Of a DNA stretch of 64,000 nt, positions 17,593-26,578 are shown one piece after another. The notes under the pieces were generated by a model. The model did no database searches. It worked only from the letters and a program-made list of their open reading frames with translations, and was not told the origin of the DNA. This stretch comes from an uncultured Candidatus Saccharibacteria bacterium (GTDB taxonomy: Bacteria; Patescibacteriota; Minisyncoccia; Phycocordibacterales; UBA9973). Both the position numbers and the translations under genes were made by a program. The DNA lies in assembly GCA_964496425.1 (NCBI GenBank), contig CAZBZO010000005.1, forward strand, positions 10,015 through 74,014, in the 5' to 3' direction. Within the stretch, counting starts at the first letter, position 1, and the number at the start of each line of letters is the position of its first letter.

Positions 17593-18879
17593 ATGAATGA
17601 AAAGCTTACGGTTTTGCTCGTAGGAGGGGGAGGTAGGGAGCATGCGCTCGCCAAAAAAATCTCCGAATCCCCACGACTCGGTAAGCTCTATATTGCTCCT
17701 GGGAACCCTGGCACTGCCACCCTAGGCGAAAATATTCCTATCAAGGCCACAGCTCTCAATGAGCTTGGCGACTTTGCAGAACAAAATCATGTTGATCTCA
17801 CTATTGTCGGCCCCGACGATCCGCTTGCGGAAGGTATCGTCGATCTCTTTAAAGCTCGCGGACTTCGAATATTTGGCCCAGAAAAAAGTGCAGCAAAACT
17901 TGAAAGTTCAAAAGCTTTTGCTAAAGACTTCATGAATGCCCATGCCATACCGACAGCATCGTTTGAAGTGTTCAATGAATACGATAAAGCTCGTGCCTAT
18001 ATCGAAACGCAGATTTTCCCGCTGGTGGTGAAAGCCAGTGGTTTGGCACTTGGCAAAGGCGTCTTCATTTGCAAAACACTCGAGGTGGCTGAAGAGGCAC
18101 TCAAAAAAATAATGATTGACCAGGCATTTGGAGAAGCTGGAAGTCAGGTAGTGATCGAAGAATATTTGGACGGTATGGAAATTTCTACGCATGCATTTTG
18201 TGACGGTAAAACATTTCGCATGTTTCCAACCTCGCAAGATCATAAGCGAGTACTGGACGGTGATCAAGGTGAAAATACTGGTGGTATGGGTACGATCGCA
18301 CCGCTTCCGTTTGTAAGTGACGCTGAAATCGAAATTATCGCTGAAAGTGTTGTTCGACCTACTCTCGCAGGTATGAAAGAAGTAGGGGCGCTGTATACCG
18401 GTGTGCTGTATCCTGGGCTGATGATGACTACCCGTGGCCCGCGCGTACTTGAATTCAACGCTCGCTTCGGTGATCCAGAAACACAAGTCTATATGCGGCT
18501 TTTGAAGACTGATATTTTAGATATTGTCGATGCGTGTATAGATGGTACGCTTTCTGAGGTTGCTATTGAATGGTATCCAGGTTTTGCTGCCTGTCTGGTC
18601 CTTGCATCAGGCGGCTATCCAGGAGTGTATGCAAAAGGAAAAAAAATTACCGGTATTTCGAAAGCGGAAGCATTACCGGAAGTGGTGGTGTTTCATGCTG
18701 GGACGAGTATGGAAAAAGGCAAACTTGTTACTTCAGGCGGTCGCGTGCTTGGAGTCACCGCTGTAGCTGATACACTAGAAGAAGCCTTGGCGCGAGCGTA
18801 TCAAGCAGCAGCGCTCATACATTTTGACGACATGCAGTACCGGAGAGATATAGGGAAACGGGCTTTGGACAGTAAGTAG
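17593..18879 (+). CDS. purD: Phosphoribosylamine--glycine ligase
   Basis: LTVLLVGGGGREHALAKK N-terminus and ATP-grasp domain. Start chosen at MNEKL (17593). Confidence 0.92.
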   Translation: MNEKLTVLLVGGGGREHALAKKISESPRLGKLYIAPGNPGTATLGENIPIKATALNELGDFAEQNHVDLTIVGPDDPLAEGIVDLFKARGLRIFGPEKSAAKLESSKAFAKDFMNAHAIPTASFEVFNEYDKARAYIETQIFPLVVKASGLALGKGVFICKTLEVAEEALKKIMIDQAFGEAGSQVVIEEYLDGMEISTHAFCDGKTFRMFPTSQDHKRVLDGDQGENTGGMGTIAPLPFVSDAEIEIIAESVVRPTLAGMKEVGALYTGVLYPGLMMTTRGPRVLEFNARFGDPETQVYMRLLKTDILDIVDACIDGTLSEVAIEWYPGFAACLVLASGGYPGVYAKGKKITGISKAEALPEVVVFHAGTSMEKGKLVTSGGRVLGVTAVADTLEEALARAYQAAALIHFDDMQYRRDIGKRALDSK

Positions 18880-18934
18880 TGAGTAGTAAATAGTAAGTAG
18901 GGGCGCAAATTTCTAATAGTAAACTTAGAAAAGA

Positions 18935-20173
18935 ATGAAAATAATTTTTTACGAAACAAAAAAAGTACAAAATCTCTGGCCGATCGTAGCTACTCGGCCG
19001 GCTTCAGAAATATTTTGCGGTGGCGCGACGCTTTGCGATCTAGTCGGCCGGCAATTTCCTAAAATTTCACCCTCGTTTATCGTTCGTCCATATCTTGAGT
19101 CTCTTGCGTACGAACGCCATCCACGCTCGGCTCGAATAGGTAAAATTGACGATGATGTATTATTTTTAAATACAGCCATGGTGCCTGATATCAGCCTATT
19201 TGTAGAGCTTGCTCGTTCTTTCAAGGGGAAAAGTGTACGGTTTGTAAATGGCTCTCAAGTGATCGGTGCTTACCTCACAAAAAAAGATGCATTGGCAGTG
19301 TCGGAGAAGCTGGAGAAGCTTACGTTTGGCACAGTTGAACGCACTATCAAAAGTCTAGACCTACTCGAACGCAAAACTGACGCCCGTCTTTTTGAGTTTG
19401 GGTATCAAGTCGTGTCAGAAAATCAGCAGATACTTTCTTCCAATATTTCAATTCTCAAAAAAGGTCTTCGTGAATCTCGCCGCGGAGTGTATGTCGGCAA
19501 AAATGTCCGCGTCGCACAAAACGTATTCTTTGATACAAAGCATGGGCAGATTATTCTTGAAGAAAATGTTGTAGTAAAACCATTTGCGTATTTGAAAGGC
19601 CCGATCTATGTCGGACGTGATTCAGTCATCAATGAATTTTCAAGTATCAAAGAATATACGGCACTTGGGCCGGTATGTAAAGTTGGTGGTGAAATCGAAG
19701 CCTCTGTGATTCAAGGCTATTCCAACAAACAACACTACGGCGGACTTTTTCATAGCTATGTCGGCCGCTGGGTCAATATGGGTGCTGGTACTAATACGTC
19801 GAATTTAAAAAATACCTATGGCACGGTGCGGGTCCTCGGTGAGGATACCGGGGAACAATTCTTCGGCGCCATCATCGCTGACTATGTGAAGACAGCTATT
19901 AACACTGCTATTTATACAGGGAAAGTGATTGGCCCCTCTGCGCACATCTATGGAGCAGTGACGTCTGATGTTCCGGGTTTTGCAAGCTATGTGTCGGTCG
20001 GCTCGCAGTACGAGCTACCACTGCCGCTTGCAGAGAAGATTCAGAAAGCTATGGCGAAACGAAGAGACATCCCATATAATCAAACAGATGAAAAGTTACT
20101 TCTTCATCTGTTTAATGAAACAGCAACGGATCGTAAAAATGCTAAAGTCAAAAAAGGGAAGTTGCAATTCTGA
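18935..20173 (+). CDS. Putative sugar nucleotidyltransferase with C-terminal left-handed beta-helix (GlmU-like alternative family)
   Basis: N-terminus MKIIFYE..LWPIVATRPASEI and long hexapeptide-repeat region (VGKNVRV..VVVKPFAYLKGPIYVGRDSVI..). Confidence 0.5.
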   Translation: MKIIFYETKKVQNLWPIVATRPASEIFCGGATLCDLVGRQFPKISPSFIVRPYLESLAYERHPRSARIGKIDDDVLFLNTAMVPDISLFVELARSFKGKSVRFVNGSQVIGAYLTKKDALAVSEKLEKLTFGTVERTIKSLDLLERKTDARLFEFGYQVVSENQQILSSNISILKKGLRESRRGVYVGKNVRVAQNVFFDTKHGQIILEENVVVKPFAYLKGPIYVGRDSVINEFSSIKEYTALGPVCKVGGEIEASVIQGYSNKQHYGGLFHSYVGRWVNMGAGTNTSNLKNTYGTVRVLGEDTGEQFFGAIIADYVKTAINTAIYTGKVIGPSAHIYGAVTSDVPGFASYVSVGSQYELPLPLAEKIQKAMAKRRDIPYNQTDEKLLLHLFNETATDRKNAKVKKGKLQF

Positions 20174-20214
20174 TAAACTCTAAAAACTAAACTCTAAGCT
20201 CTAAATAAGTTCAA

Positions 20215-20577
20215 ATGATAGAAGATCAAAACACGCAAAAGAAATACGATCTTGATGAGCGAACTTTTATTTTTGCGAAAGATGTGAGAGAGTTTGCTAG
20301 AACATTACCAAGAGATATATATGTTATAGATGACATAAAACAGTTTATTCGATCCTCAGGATCAGTCGGGGCAAATTATATTGAAGCAAGCGAAGCATTC
20401 AGTAAGAAAGATTTTTTAATGAGAATAAAAATTTGTCGAAAAGAAGCAAAAGAAACTTGTTATTGGCTGAAACTCCTAGAGATCACAGATGCTTCACTTT
20501 CGAATAATCGTGATAGATTATTACAAGAAGCAACTGAGCTTATGAAAATTTTTGGTTCAATCGTTTCAAAAAGTTGA
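20215..20577 (+). CDS. Four-helix-bundle protein of the 23S rRNA intervening-sequence protein family
   Basis: 120 aa. Characteristic SGSVGANYIEA..SKKDFLMRIKICRKEAKETCYWLKLL pattern. Confidence 0.75.
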   Translation: MIEDQNTQKKYDLDERTFIFAKDVREFARTLPRDIYVIDDIKQFIRSSGSVGANYIEASEAFSKKDFLMRIKICRKEAKETCYWLKLLEITDASLSNNRDRLLQEATELMKIFGSIVSKS

Positions 20578-20635
20578 GTTTTGAATTTAGTATTTATTAG
20601 GGTGTAGAGTTTAGTATTTAGAGCTTATAAAATTT

Positions 20636-21580
20636 ATGTCAAAAATTCTTATTATGGGCGCGTGCGGACAAATCGGAGTCGAGCTCACACTTGCACTTCG
20701 AAAAATTCACGGCGGTGAAAATGTGTTAGCTATCGATATTCGCGAAGAGCATCCGCTCTTGGTAGGCACTGGACCGTATGGCAAACTCGATGCCATGGAT
20801 GCCGAAGCGACACGTGCGCTCGTAAAAAAAGAAGGCATTACCGAAATATATCTCCTCGCTGCGCTGCTTTCTGCGACAGGGGAGAAAGACCCGAAGCTTG
20901 CGTGGGATCTCAATATGGGAAGTTTGCGACAAATCCTTGAGCTCGGGGTGGAAGAAAAATTGAAAATATTCTGGCCAAGTTCCATCGCTATTTTTGGTCC
21001 CACAACGCCGCGCGACAATACTCCACAGAAAACTATTATTGAACCATCGACCATGTACGGTATCACTAAGTACGCTGGTGAGCTTTTGTGTCAGTATTAC
21101 AATCGGCGTTGGGGACTTGATGTGCGAAGCGTGCGATACCCAGGGCTTATCAGCTGGAAAACTCCACCAGGCGGCGGCACGACCGACTATGCTGTGGAAA
21201 TATTTTACGAAGCCATCCAAAATGGAAAATACAGTTGTTTCCTTTCAGAAAATACCTATCTACCGATGATGTATATGGATGATGCCATCCGGGCGACGAT
21301 CGAGCTTATGCAAGCACCGGCGGAAAAGATACACACACATATGTCCTACAATCTCTCTGCGATTAGCTTTTCACCGAAAGAGGTAGCTCTGGAAATAAAA
21401 AAAGATATTCCAAATTTTGAAATATCGTATGCGCCCGACCATCGCCAAGCTATTGCCGACTCTTGGCCTGCGTCAATCGATGACAGTGTGGCGCGCGCCG
21501 AATGGGGCTGGAAGCCGGAGTACGATCTTCCAAAAATGACCGCGGATATGCTCGCGCATTTGAAAGAAAAATTAAGATAA
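20636..21580 (+). CDS. tdh: NAD-dependent epimerase/dehydratase-fold L-threonine 3-dehydrogenase (GalE-like TDH)
   Basis: ILIMGACGQIGVELTLALR Rossmann start and YGITKYAGE catalytic YxxxK. Lies in the same insert as a kbl homologue (about 1.9 kb downstream, opposite-strand genes in between). Confidence 0.65.
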   Translation: MSKILIMGACGQIGVELTLALRKIHGGENVLAIDIREEHPLLVGTGPYGKLDAMDAEATRALVKKEGITEIYLLAALLSATGEKDPKLAWDLNMGSLRQILELGVEEKLKIFWPSSIAIFGPTTPRDNTPQKTIIEPSTMYGITKYAGELLCQYYNRRWGLDVRSVRYPGLISWKTPPGGGTTDYAVEIFYEAIQNGKYSCFLSENTYLPMMYMDDAIRATIELMQAPAEKIHTHMSYNLSAISFSPKEVALEIKKDIPNFEISYAPDHRQAIADSWPASIDDSVARAEWGWKPEYDLPKMTADMLAHLKEKLR

Positions 21581-21595
21581 CTATTTTAATTGAAA

Positions 21596-21630
21596 AAGAG
21601 CAATCGATTTTGTTGATTGCTCTTTTTATT
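21596..21630. terminator. Hairpin terminator AGAGCAATC..GATTGCTCT followed by TTTTTATT
   Basis: 9-bp stem then U-run, after the tdh stop. Convergent with the minus-strand gene. Confidence 0.6.
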
Positions 21631-21645
21631 ACTTTTGCTTTTTAT

Positions 21646-22035
21646 TCATACTCCGGATAAATGCCCTTCCATAAAATCATGTTGGATCTCTTCTGCGAAA
21701 CTTATTTTTCCAAAACCGGATCGGCTGCTTAAGCTTGCATAAAAATACAGAGGTTCATTAAGCACTATTATTTGTTCTCTGAAAATAATTTCTTTGCACT
21801 TCCCAGTAAAAATCATTGTGAAGTGCTCCTTCTTCGACCAAGTCGAATTTTGTGTAAAAATTTTTAAAGTGATTTCCTGGGAGAGGGTAAGATCAAAAAT
21901 TTGATCACCGCCCACATACTGGAAACCACGTTGGAGTTCCTGTAGGCTTTCACGAGTGTTGGTGTGTGCGAAATCCATGATAATTGTTTTTACAGCAGCT
22001 CCGAGAGCCTGATGAATGCTGAGTAAGTCTTTCAT
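21646..22035 (-). CDS. Hypothetical protein
   Basis: 129-aa ORF. No family recognised. Confidence 0.4.
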   Translation of the reverse strand: MKDLLSIHQALGAAVKTIIMDFAHTNTRESLQELQRGFQYVGGDQIFDLTLSQEITLKIFTQNSTWSKKEHFTMIFTGKCKEIIFREQIIVLNEPLYFYASLSSRSGFGKISFAEEIQHDFMEGHLSGV

Positions 22036-22115
22036 AGTGGAGTAGTTTTTAAATTGTTTATATTATAATAACACTAAAATTTATTATAGTCAAATTTGAT
22101 ATAAAAAAATATGCC

Positions 22116-22141
22116 CACCGGTTGATTCCAGTGGGCGGTTG
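22116..22141 (-). terminator. Hairpin GCCCACCGG-TTGATT-CCAGTGGGC followed by a T-run on the minus strand
   Basis: 8-bp stem including a G-U pair. The minus-strand RNA is followed by AUAUUUUUUUAUAUC. Downstream of the 22156-22749 gene. Confidence 0.55.
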
Positions 22142-22155
22142 CAAAATAAGATTTA

Positions 22156-22749
22156 TCATGCGGTATTTTTGATTGCTGAAAGATTTTTTTTCTTGTCTGG
22201 AAAGAATGATTCCTTACTGAAAACCTTGCTGGCATTTGTGCCTGGTTTTGTGACAGTAATTTCTTTTCCCCCATCACTGATTTTGTTACTGATTTTGCAA
22301 GAATAACCAAGTTTCTTGAGTCCTTCTTCAAAAGCCGTAAGAGCGTTTTCATTGCCAATACATTTTTTTTCCAGCTCATTAATTGTAGTCCAAAAATCTT
22401 TTTGTGGTGTAACAGAATCTGGTTTCGTAATCGGTGGATCAATATTTACAGGCAGTGCTTGCTCAAGAGATGGTTGAGCTAATGCGGTAACTTTCTTCAG
22501 CTCGGAAAATCGTTTTACGACTTCTTCCACGACGGTATCCAGACGAGTACCCAGTTGCTCCCAATCTTTTGGGTTTTTTATCTTAAAACAATAAAGGTAA
22601 ATTGCCCCGGCAACTATAAATATGAGGCCCATTCCCATAAAGTCCATGTAATGGAGAAATAAGCCGGTGAATGAAGCTATTAGACCAATAATCATTATGA
22701 CTACGGGTACTACGGTAAAGATGAGCAAATCAAGTTTGTTTTTCTTCAT
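22156..22749 (-). CDS. Membrane protein, hypothetical (N-terminal 2 TM helices plus soluble domain)
   Basis: 197 aa. Hydrophobic N-terminus, charged C-terminal domain. Confidence 0.5.
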   Translation of the reverse strand: MKKNKLDLLIFTVVPVVIMIIGLIASFTGLFLHYMDFMGMGLIFIVAGAIYLYCFKIKNPKDWEQLGTRLDTVVEEVVKRFSELKKVTALAQPSLEQALPVNIDPPITKPDSVTPQKDFWTTINELEKKCIGNENALTAFEEGLKKLGYSCKISNKISDGGKEITVTKPGTNASKVFSKESFFPDKKKNLSAIKNTA

Positions 22750-22870
22750 ATGTTCGGATTTTGAAAGGTTTAGAATTTTGCTTACAATACCAACAATTTA
22801 CGTTATAGTCAAATTTTTTTTGAGATTGCAAGTACCTATTAAAAAGAAAGGTGAGTTTAAAAAAAATTAG

Positions 22871-22898
22871 CCCGACGGTTGATCCGACGGGCTTTTTC
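22871..22898. terminator. Bidirectional hairpin GCCCGACGG-TTGATC-CGACGGGC flanked by A-run and T-run
   Basis: Stem-loop with T-run on plus and, via upstream AAAAAAAA, on minus. Downstream of the minus gene 22922-23413. Confidence 0.55.
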
Positions 22899-22921
22899 AT
22901 ATAAATACCTTTTGATTTACT

Positions 22922-23413
22922 TTACTGAAGATTTGCAAAGACCTCTTTTGCCCGGGTAAAATAAGATTCGGGTAGTGTTTTACTTTTACCCCAAATATCT
23001 TTTCCGTATGACCAATATAAGCCAGTGAACCTGTCTTCATCAACGGTTATCAACTTTCCGGTCTGGTCAACGATGTATGTACAGATCTTTTCATTTCTGT
23101 CATTGTATTCGTGAATAAATAATAACTTGTGCTTTCGGAAGCCTTTTGTATATTTCTCTACATACATCTGAAAAGCAACATGACAATCCTCACTGATCTG
23201 GATATAGTTGACCTTTATACGGAAGCGTTTGTCACCATAGATTTTCGTTACATACTGCACTTTTTGGCCTGATCCGCAGTTGCAGATATTATTGTTCTGG
23301 AATTGCTTTATTATTTTGCAGACCTGGTCTGCTGTGGTGATTTGGAAGCTTTCCTGTGCAACAACTACGTGAGAGACGAGGGTCGCAAAAAAGACTATAA
23401 ATAACTTTTTCAT
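22922..23413 (-). CDS. Secreted Cys-containing hypothetical protein (signal peptide)
   Basis: MKKLFIVFFATLVSHVVVAQ signal peptide. Track ORF extends to 23437. Confidence 0.5.
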   Translation of the reverse strand: MKKLFIVFFATLVSHVVVAQESFQITTADQVCKIIKQFQNNNICNCGSGQKVQYVTKIYGDKRFRIKVNYIQISEDCHVAFQMYVEKYTKGFRKHKLLFIHEYNDRNEKICTYIVDQTGKLITVDEDRFTGLYWSYGKDIWGKSKTLPESYFTRAKEVFANLQ

Positions 23414-23516
23414 TTTCAAGGAGGGCATTTGAGACACCTCGGGAGAATTTAATCATAAAATTTGTTTACTGTCAAGGCATTTCGATTTAAACTTTATTCT
23501 GTTAAAGTTAGCACAT

Positions 23517-24740
23517 ATGTATTCGTCTGAATTTATTAAGAATATTGAAAAAGAGCTTGAAGCTTTGAAGCAAGCAGGGAAGCTCAAGGTAGAGAGGGAG
23601 CTTGCAAGTGCGCAGGGGCCGGAGGTGGAGCTTGCTGGAAAACCTGTGCTTATGTTTGCTTCAAATAATTATCTTGGTTTGGGAAACCATCCAGAAATCC
23701 TTGCGGCAGCTGAAAAGGGAATGAAAGAATATGGCTACGGTTTAAGCTCGGTGCGCTTTCTTTCTGGCACCCAGACGATTCACCGACAGCTTGAGCAAAA
23801 GCTCGCCGCGTTTCTCGGTACCGAAGATGTGATACTCTACTCGACCAATTTCATGGCCAACCTCGGCTTCTTTGCGAGCATCGTAAATGAAGGAATGGGA
23901 AGCACAGAGTGGAAAGATGTGATCTACAGTGACGAGCTCAATCATGCGTCCATCATCGATGCCTTCAAACTTTGTAAAAAAGAAAATCTTGAGAAACGGA
24001 TTTACAAACACGGAAATCTCGAGGAACTTGAGAATTTTTTGAAAGCAGATGAAGCTAGTAATTATAGAAATAAAATTATTGTGACTGATGGTATTTTTAG
24101 TATGGAGGGAAGTATGGCTGATCTGCCAAAGCTTGTAGAGCTCGCGGAAAAATATCAAGCACTTCTATTTGTCGACGACGCACACGCTGTCGGCGTGCTC
24201 GGAGCAACCGGTGCTGGTACTCCCGAGCGTCTCGGAGTGAAGGGAAAAATTGATGTGTATTCGGGTACCTTCGGCAAAGCGCTCGGTGGGGCAGTCGGTG
24301 GCTATATTGCCGGGAAAAAATCTCTCACTGAATTTCTCCGCCAAAAATCCCGCACCTATATGTTTTCAAATACCGTGCCGCCATCTGTTGTCATTGCTTC
24401 TATGAAAGCGCTCGACATGCTCCGCGAAAAACCAGAATTACTCAAGAATCTGAAAGATAACAGTGCGTATTTTCGAGAAAAAGTTGCAGCGCTCGGATTT
24501 ACTCTGATCCCAGGCGAGCATGCCATTGTGCCTATCATGCTCGGTGATGCCAAAGTGGCACAGGATATGAGCCGAGCATTACTTGCCGAGGGACTCTATG
24601 TGGTGGGACTATGGTTTCCGGTGGTCCCAGAAGGATCGGCACGCCTTCGCTTCCAAATATCTGCTGCGCATACCAAAGAGCATCTTGATCGTGCGATCTC
24701 TATACTTGGAAAAATCGGAAAGGAAATGAAAATTATTTAG
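23517..24740 (+). CDS. kbl: 2-amino-3-ketobutyrate CoA ligase (glycine C-acetyltransferase), class-II PLP aminotransferase
   Basis: 407 aa. SNNYLGL, DELNHASIIDA, DDAHAVGVLG, and the PLP-lysine region TFGKALGG. Confidence 0.85.
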   Translation: MYSSEFIKNIEKELEALKQAGKLKVERELASAQGPEVELAGKPVLMFASNNYLGLGNHPEILAAAEKGMKEYGYGLSSVRFLSGTQTIHRQLEQKLAAFLGTEDVILYSTNFMANLGFFASIVNEGMGSTEWKDVIYSDELNHASIIDAFKLCKKENLEKRIYKHGNLEELENFLKADEASNYRNKIIVTDGIFSMEGSMADLPKLVELAEKYQALLFVDDAHAVGVLGATGAGTPERLGVKGKIDVYSGTFGKALGGAVGGYIAGKKSLTEFLRQKSRTYMFSNTVPPSVVIASMKALDMLREKPELLKNLKDNSAYFREKVAALGFTLIPGEHAIVPIMLGDAKVAQDMSRALLAEGLYVVGLWFPVVPEGSARLRFQISAAHTKEHLDRAISILGKIGKEMKII

Positions 24741-24776
24741 CATTCTCTATTTACTATTTACTACTAACTATTTACT

Positions 24777-25901
24777 ATGCAAAAAATCGGCATTGTCGGC
24801 GGAGGACAACTTGGGCGTATGCTTGTTGAAGCTGCAGATCAGCTTCACTTTGAGACGATTGTCCTTGATCCGACACCACGCGCTCCTGCTGGGCAGGTTG
24901 CAACCGAGCAGATCATAAAAAGTTTCAAAGATCCTGAAGCGATTCGTGAGCTCGCCGATCGCGTGGATTTTCTGACCTTTGAAATTGAGCAAGTGCATGC
25001 CGAAGTGCTGGAAGAGATTGCAAATGATGGCAAGCCGGTCAATCCATCGCCTTCCACATTGAAAATAATCAAAGACAAATTTGAACAGAAAGCGTTTTTG
25101 CAAAACGCTGATATTCCGGTGACAGATTTTGCATTGATCGAAACCAAGCACGATGTCTGGGAGCAAGCCAAAATCTTCGGCTACCCATTTCTTTTGAAAG
25201 CTCGTTTTGATGCCTACGATGGTCGCGGCAATGCGCTCATCAAAAGCGAAGACCAAATCGATTTTGCGTACGAGCATCTTTCCAAAAGCCCACTCTATGT
25301 TGAGCGGTTTGTACCGTTTGTCAAAGAGCTCTCGGCGGTGGTGGTGCGCGGAATGGACGGCGATATAAGATCATATCCGATCGTTGAGACGATTCATCGC
25401 AACAACATTTGCCATGAAGTCTTTGCGCCTGCACCTGTGGCAGAAGATGTGCGTGAGCGTGCTGAAGCACTTGGTCGCCAAACTCTGGAGCATTTGGGTG
25501 GAGTAGGAGTGTATGCGATAGAAATGTTTCTCACAGAAAATGGAAAAATCTTGGTCAATGAAATCGCGCCGCGCGTCCACAACTCGGGCCATCATACGAT
25601 TGAAGCCTGCGCCACGAGCCAATTTGAAAATCATATCCGTGCTATCACAAGCATGCCGCTTGGGAGTACTGATATGATAGTACCGAGGGCGGTGATGGTG
25701 AATATTTTGGGGGATCGGAGTGGGGAAGTAAAGCCTGAAGGTATAGAAGAGGCCGAAGCTTTGGGTGGAGTGGCAGTGCACATGTATGGTAAGATGGAAA
25801 CGCGACCGGAGCGGAAAATGGGGCATATTACAGCTATTGGGAGTACTCTCGAAGAAGTTCAAGCCAAGGCGCGGAAGGCGAGGAGTTTGATTACAATTTA
25901 G
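24777..25901 (+). CDS. purK: N5-carboxyaminoimidazole ribonucleotide synthase
   Basis: MQKIGIVGGGQLGRM ATP-grasp N-terminus. 374 aa. Confidence 0.9.
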   Translation: MQKIGIVGGGQLGRMLVEAADQLHFETIVLDPTPRAPAGQVATEQIIKSFKDPEAIRELADRVDFLTFEIEQVHAEVLEEIANDGKPVNPSPSTLKIIKDKFEQKAFLQNADIPVTDFALIETKHDVWEQAKIFGYPFLLKARFDAYDGRGNALIKSEDQIDFAYEHLSKSPLYVERFVPFVKELSAVVVRGMDGDIRSYPIVETIHRNNICHEVFAPAPVAEDVRERAEALGRQTLEHLGGVGVYAIEMFLTENGKILVNEIAPRVHNSGHHTIEACATSQFENHIRAITSMPLGSTDMIVPRAVMVNILGDRSGEVKPEGIEEAEALGGVAVHMYGKMETRPERKMGHITAIGSTLEEVQAKARKARSLITI

Positions 25902-26053
25902 TTTATTTTTTGGTACTTATCTTTGTGAGTCGCATAAATTTCTGCTGAAATTTTGCTCCCTCTCGACTCGTCGGGCCTATCGGTATTGATAGGCACCTGT
26001 AGACGGCCTGCAAGAGACTCCCAAAGACAAGTACCCAGAGTGTAAAGATTCAA

Positions 26054-26578
26054 ATGCAAAAAAAACCAATTGTGGGAATAATTATGGGTTCGGATTCGGA
26101 TTTACCGGTCATGCAGGAAGCAGCGGACATGCTCGAGAGTTTTGGTGTGCCGTATGAGATCACGGTGGTCTCCGCACACAGAACGCCAGATCGTTTGTTT
26201 GCATACGCAGTGAGCGCGAGCAAGCGCGGGATGAAAATTATTATTGCTGGTGCGGGTGGTGCTGCGCATTTGGCCGGTATGACCGCGAGTATGACGACGC
26301 TGCCAGTCATCGGTGTGCCCGTCAAAACCAAAACCATGGACGGGCTTGATTCGCTTCTTTCTATCGCTCAAATGCCGCCAGGGATACCTGTGGCGACTGT
26401 GGCGATTAATGGTGCCAAAAATGCTGGACTCCTTGCTGTGGAGATCTTGGCACTCGTGGATGTAAAACTTTCTACGAAACTTAGTAGTTATCGCGACCGC
26501 ATGAATGAAGAAGTAAAAGCAAAGGCTGAGAAATTAAAAAAGATAGGTGGCAAGAAATATTTGCAATCGAAAAAGTAA
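26054..26578 (+). CDS. purE: N5-carboxyaminoimidazole ribonucleotide mutase
   Basis: [32 protein letters not shown]. Classic PurE. Confidence 0.95.
   Translation: MQKKPIVGIIMGSDSDLPVMQEAADMLESFGVPYEITVVSAHRTPDRLFAYAVSASKRGMKIIIAGAGGAAHLAGMTASMTTLPVIGVPVKTKTMDGLDSLLSIAQMPPGIPVATVAINGAKNAGLLAVEILALVDVKLSTKLSSYRDRMNEEVKAKAEKLKKIGGKKYLQSKK

Noticed and set aside
20215-20577. Possibility that this region is part of a 23S rRNA gene because it encodes an IVS-family protein
   Set aside because: No rRNA-like sequence flanks it. It is bracketed by protein-coding genes, so it is interpreted as a stand-alone or transposed cassette.
22667-22870. 67-aa plus-strand ORF, and 22074-22442 minus ORF
   Set aside because: Overlap the better-supported 22156-22749 membrane-protein gene or its terminator. 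Likely spurious.
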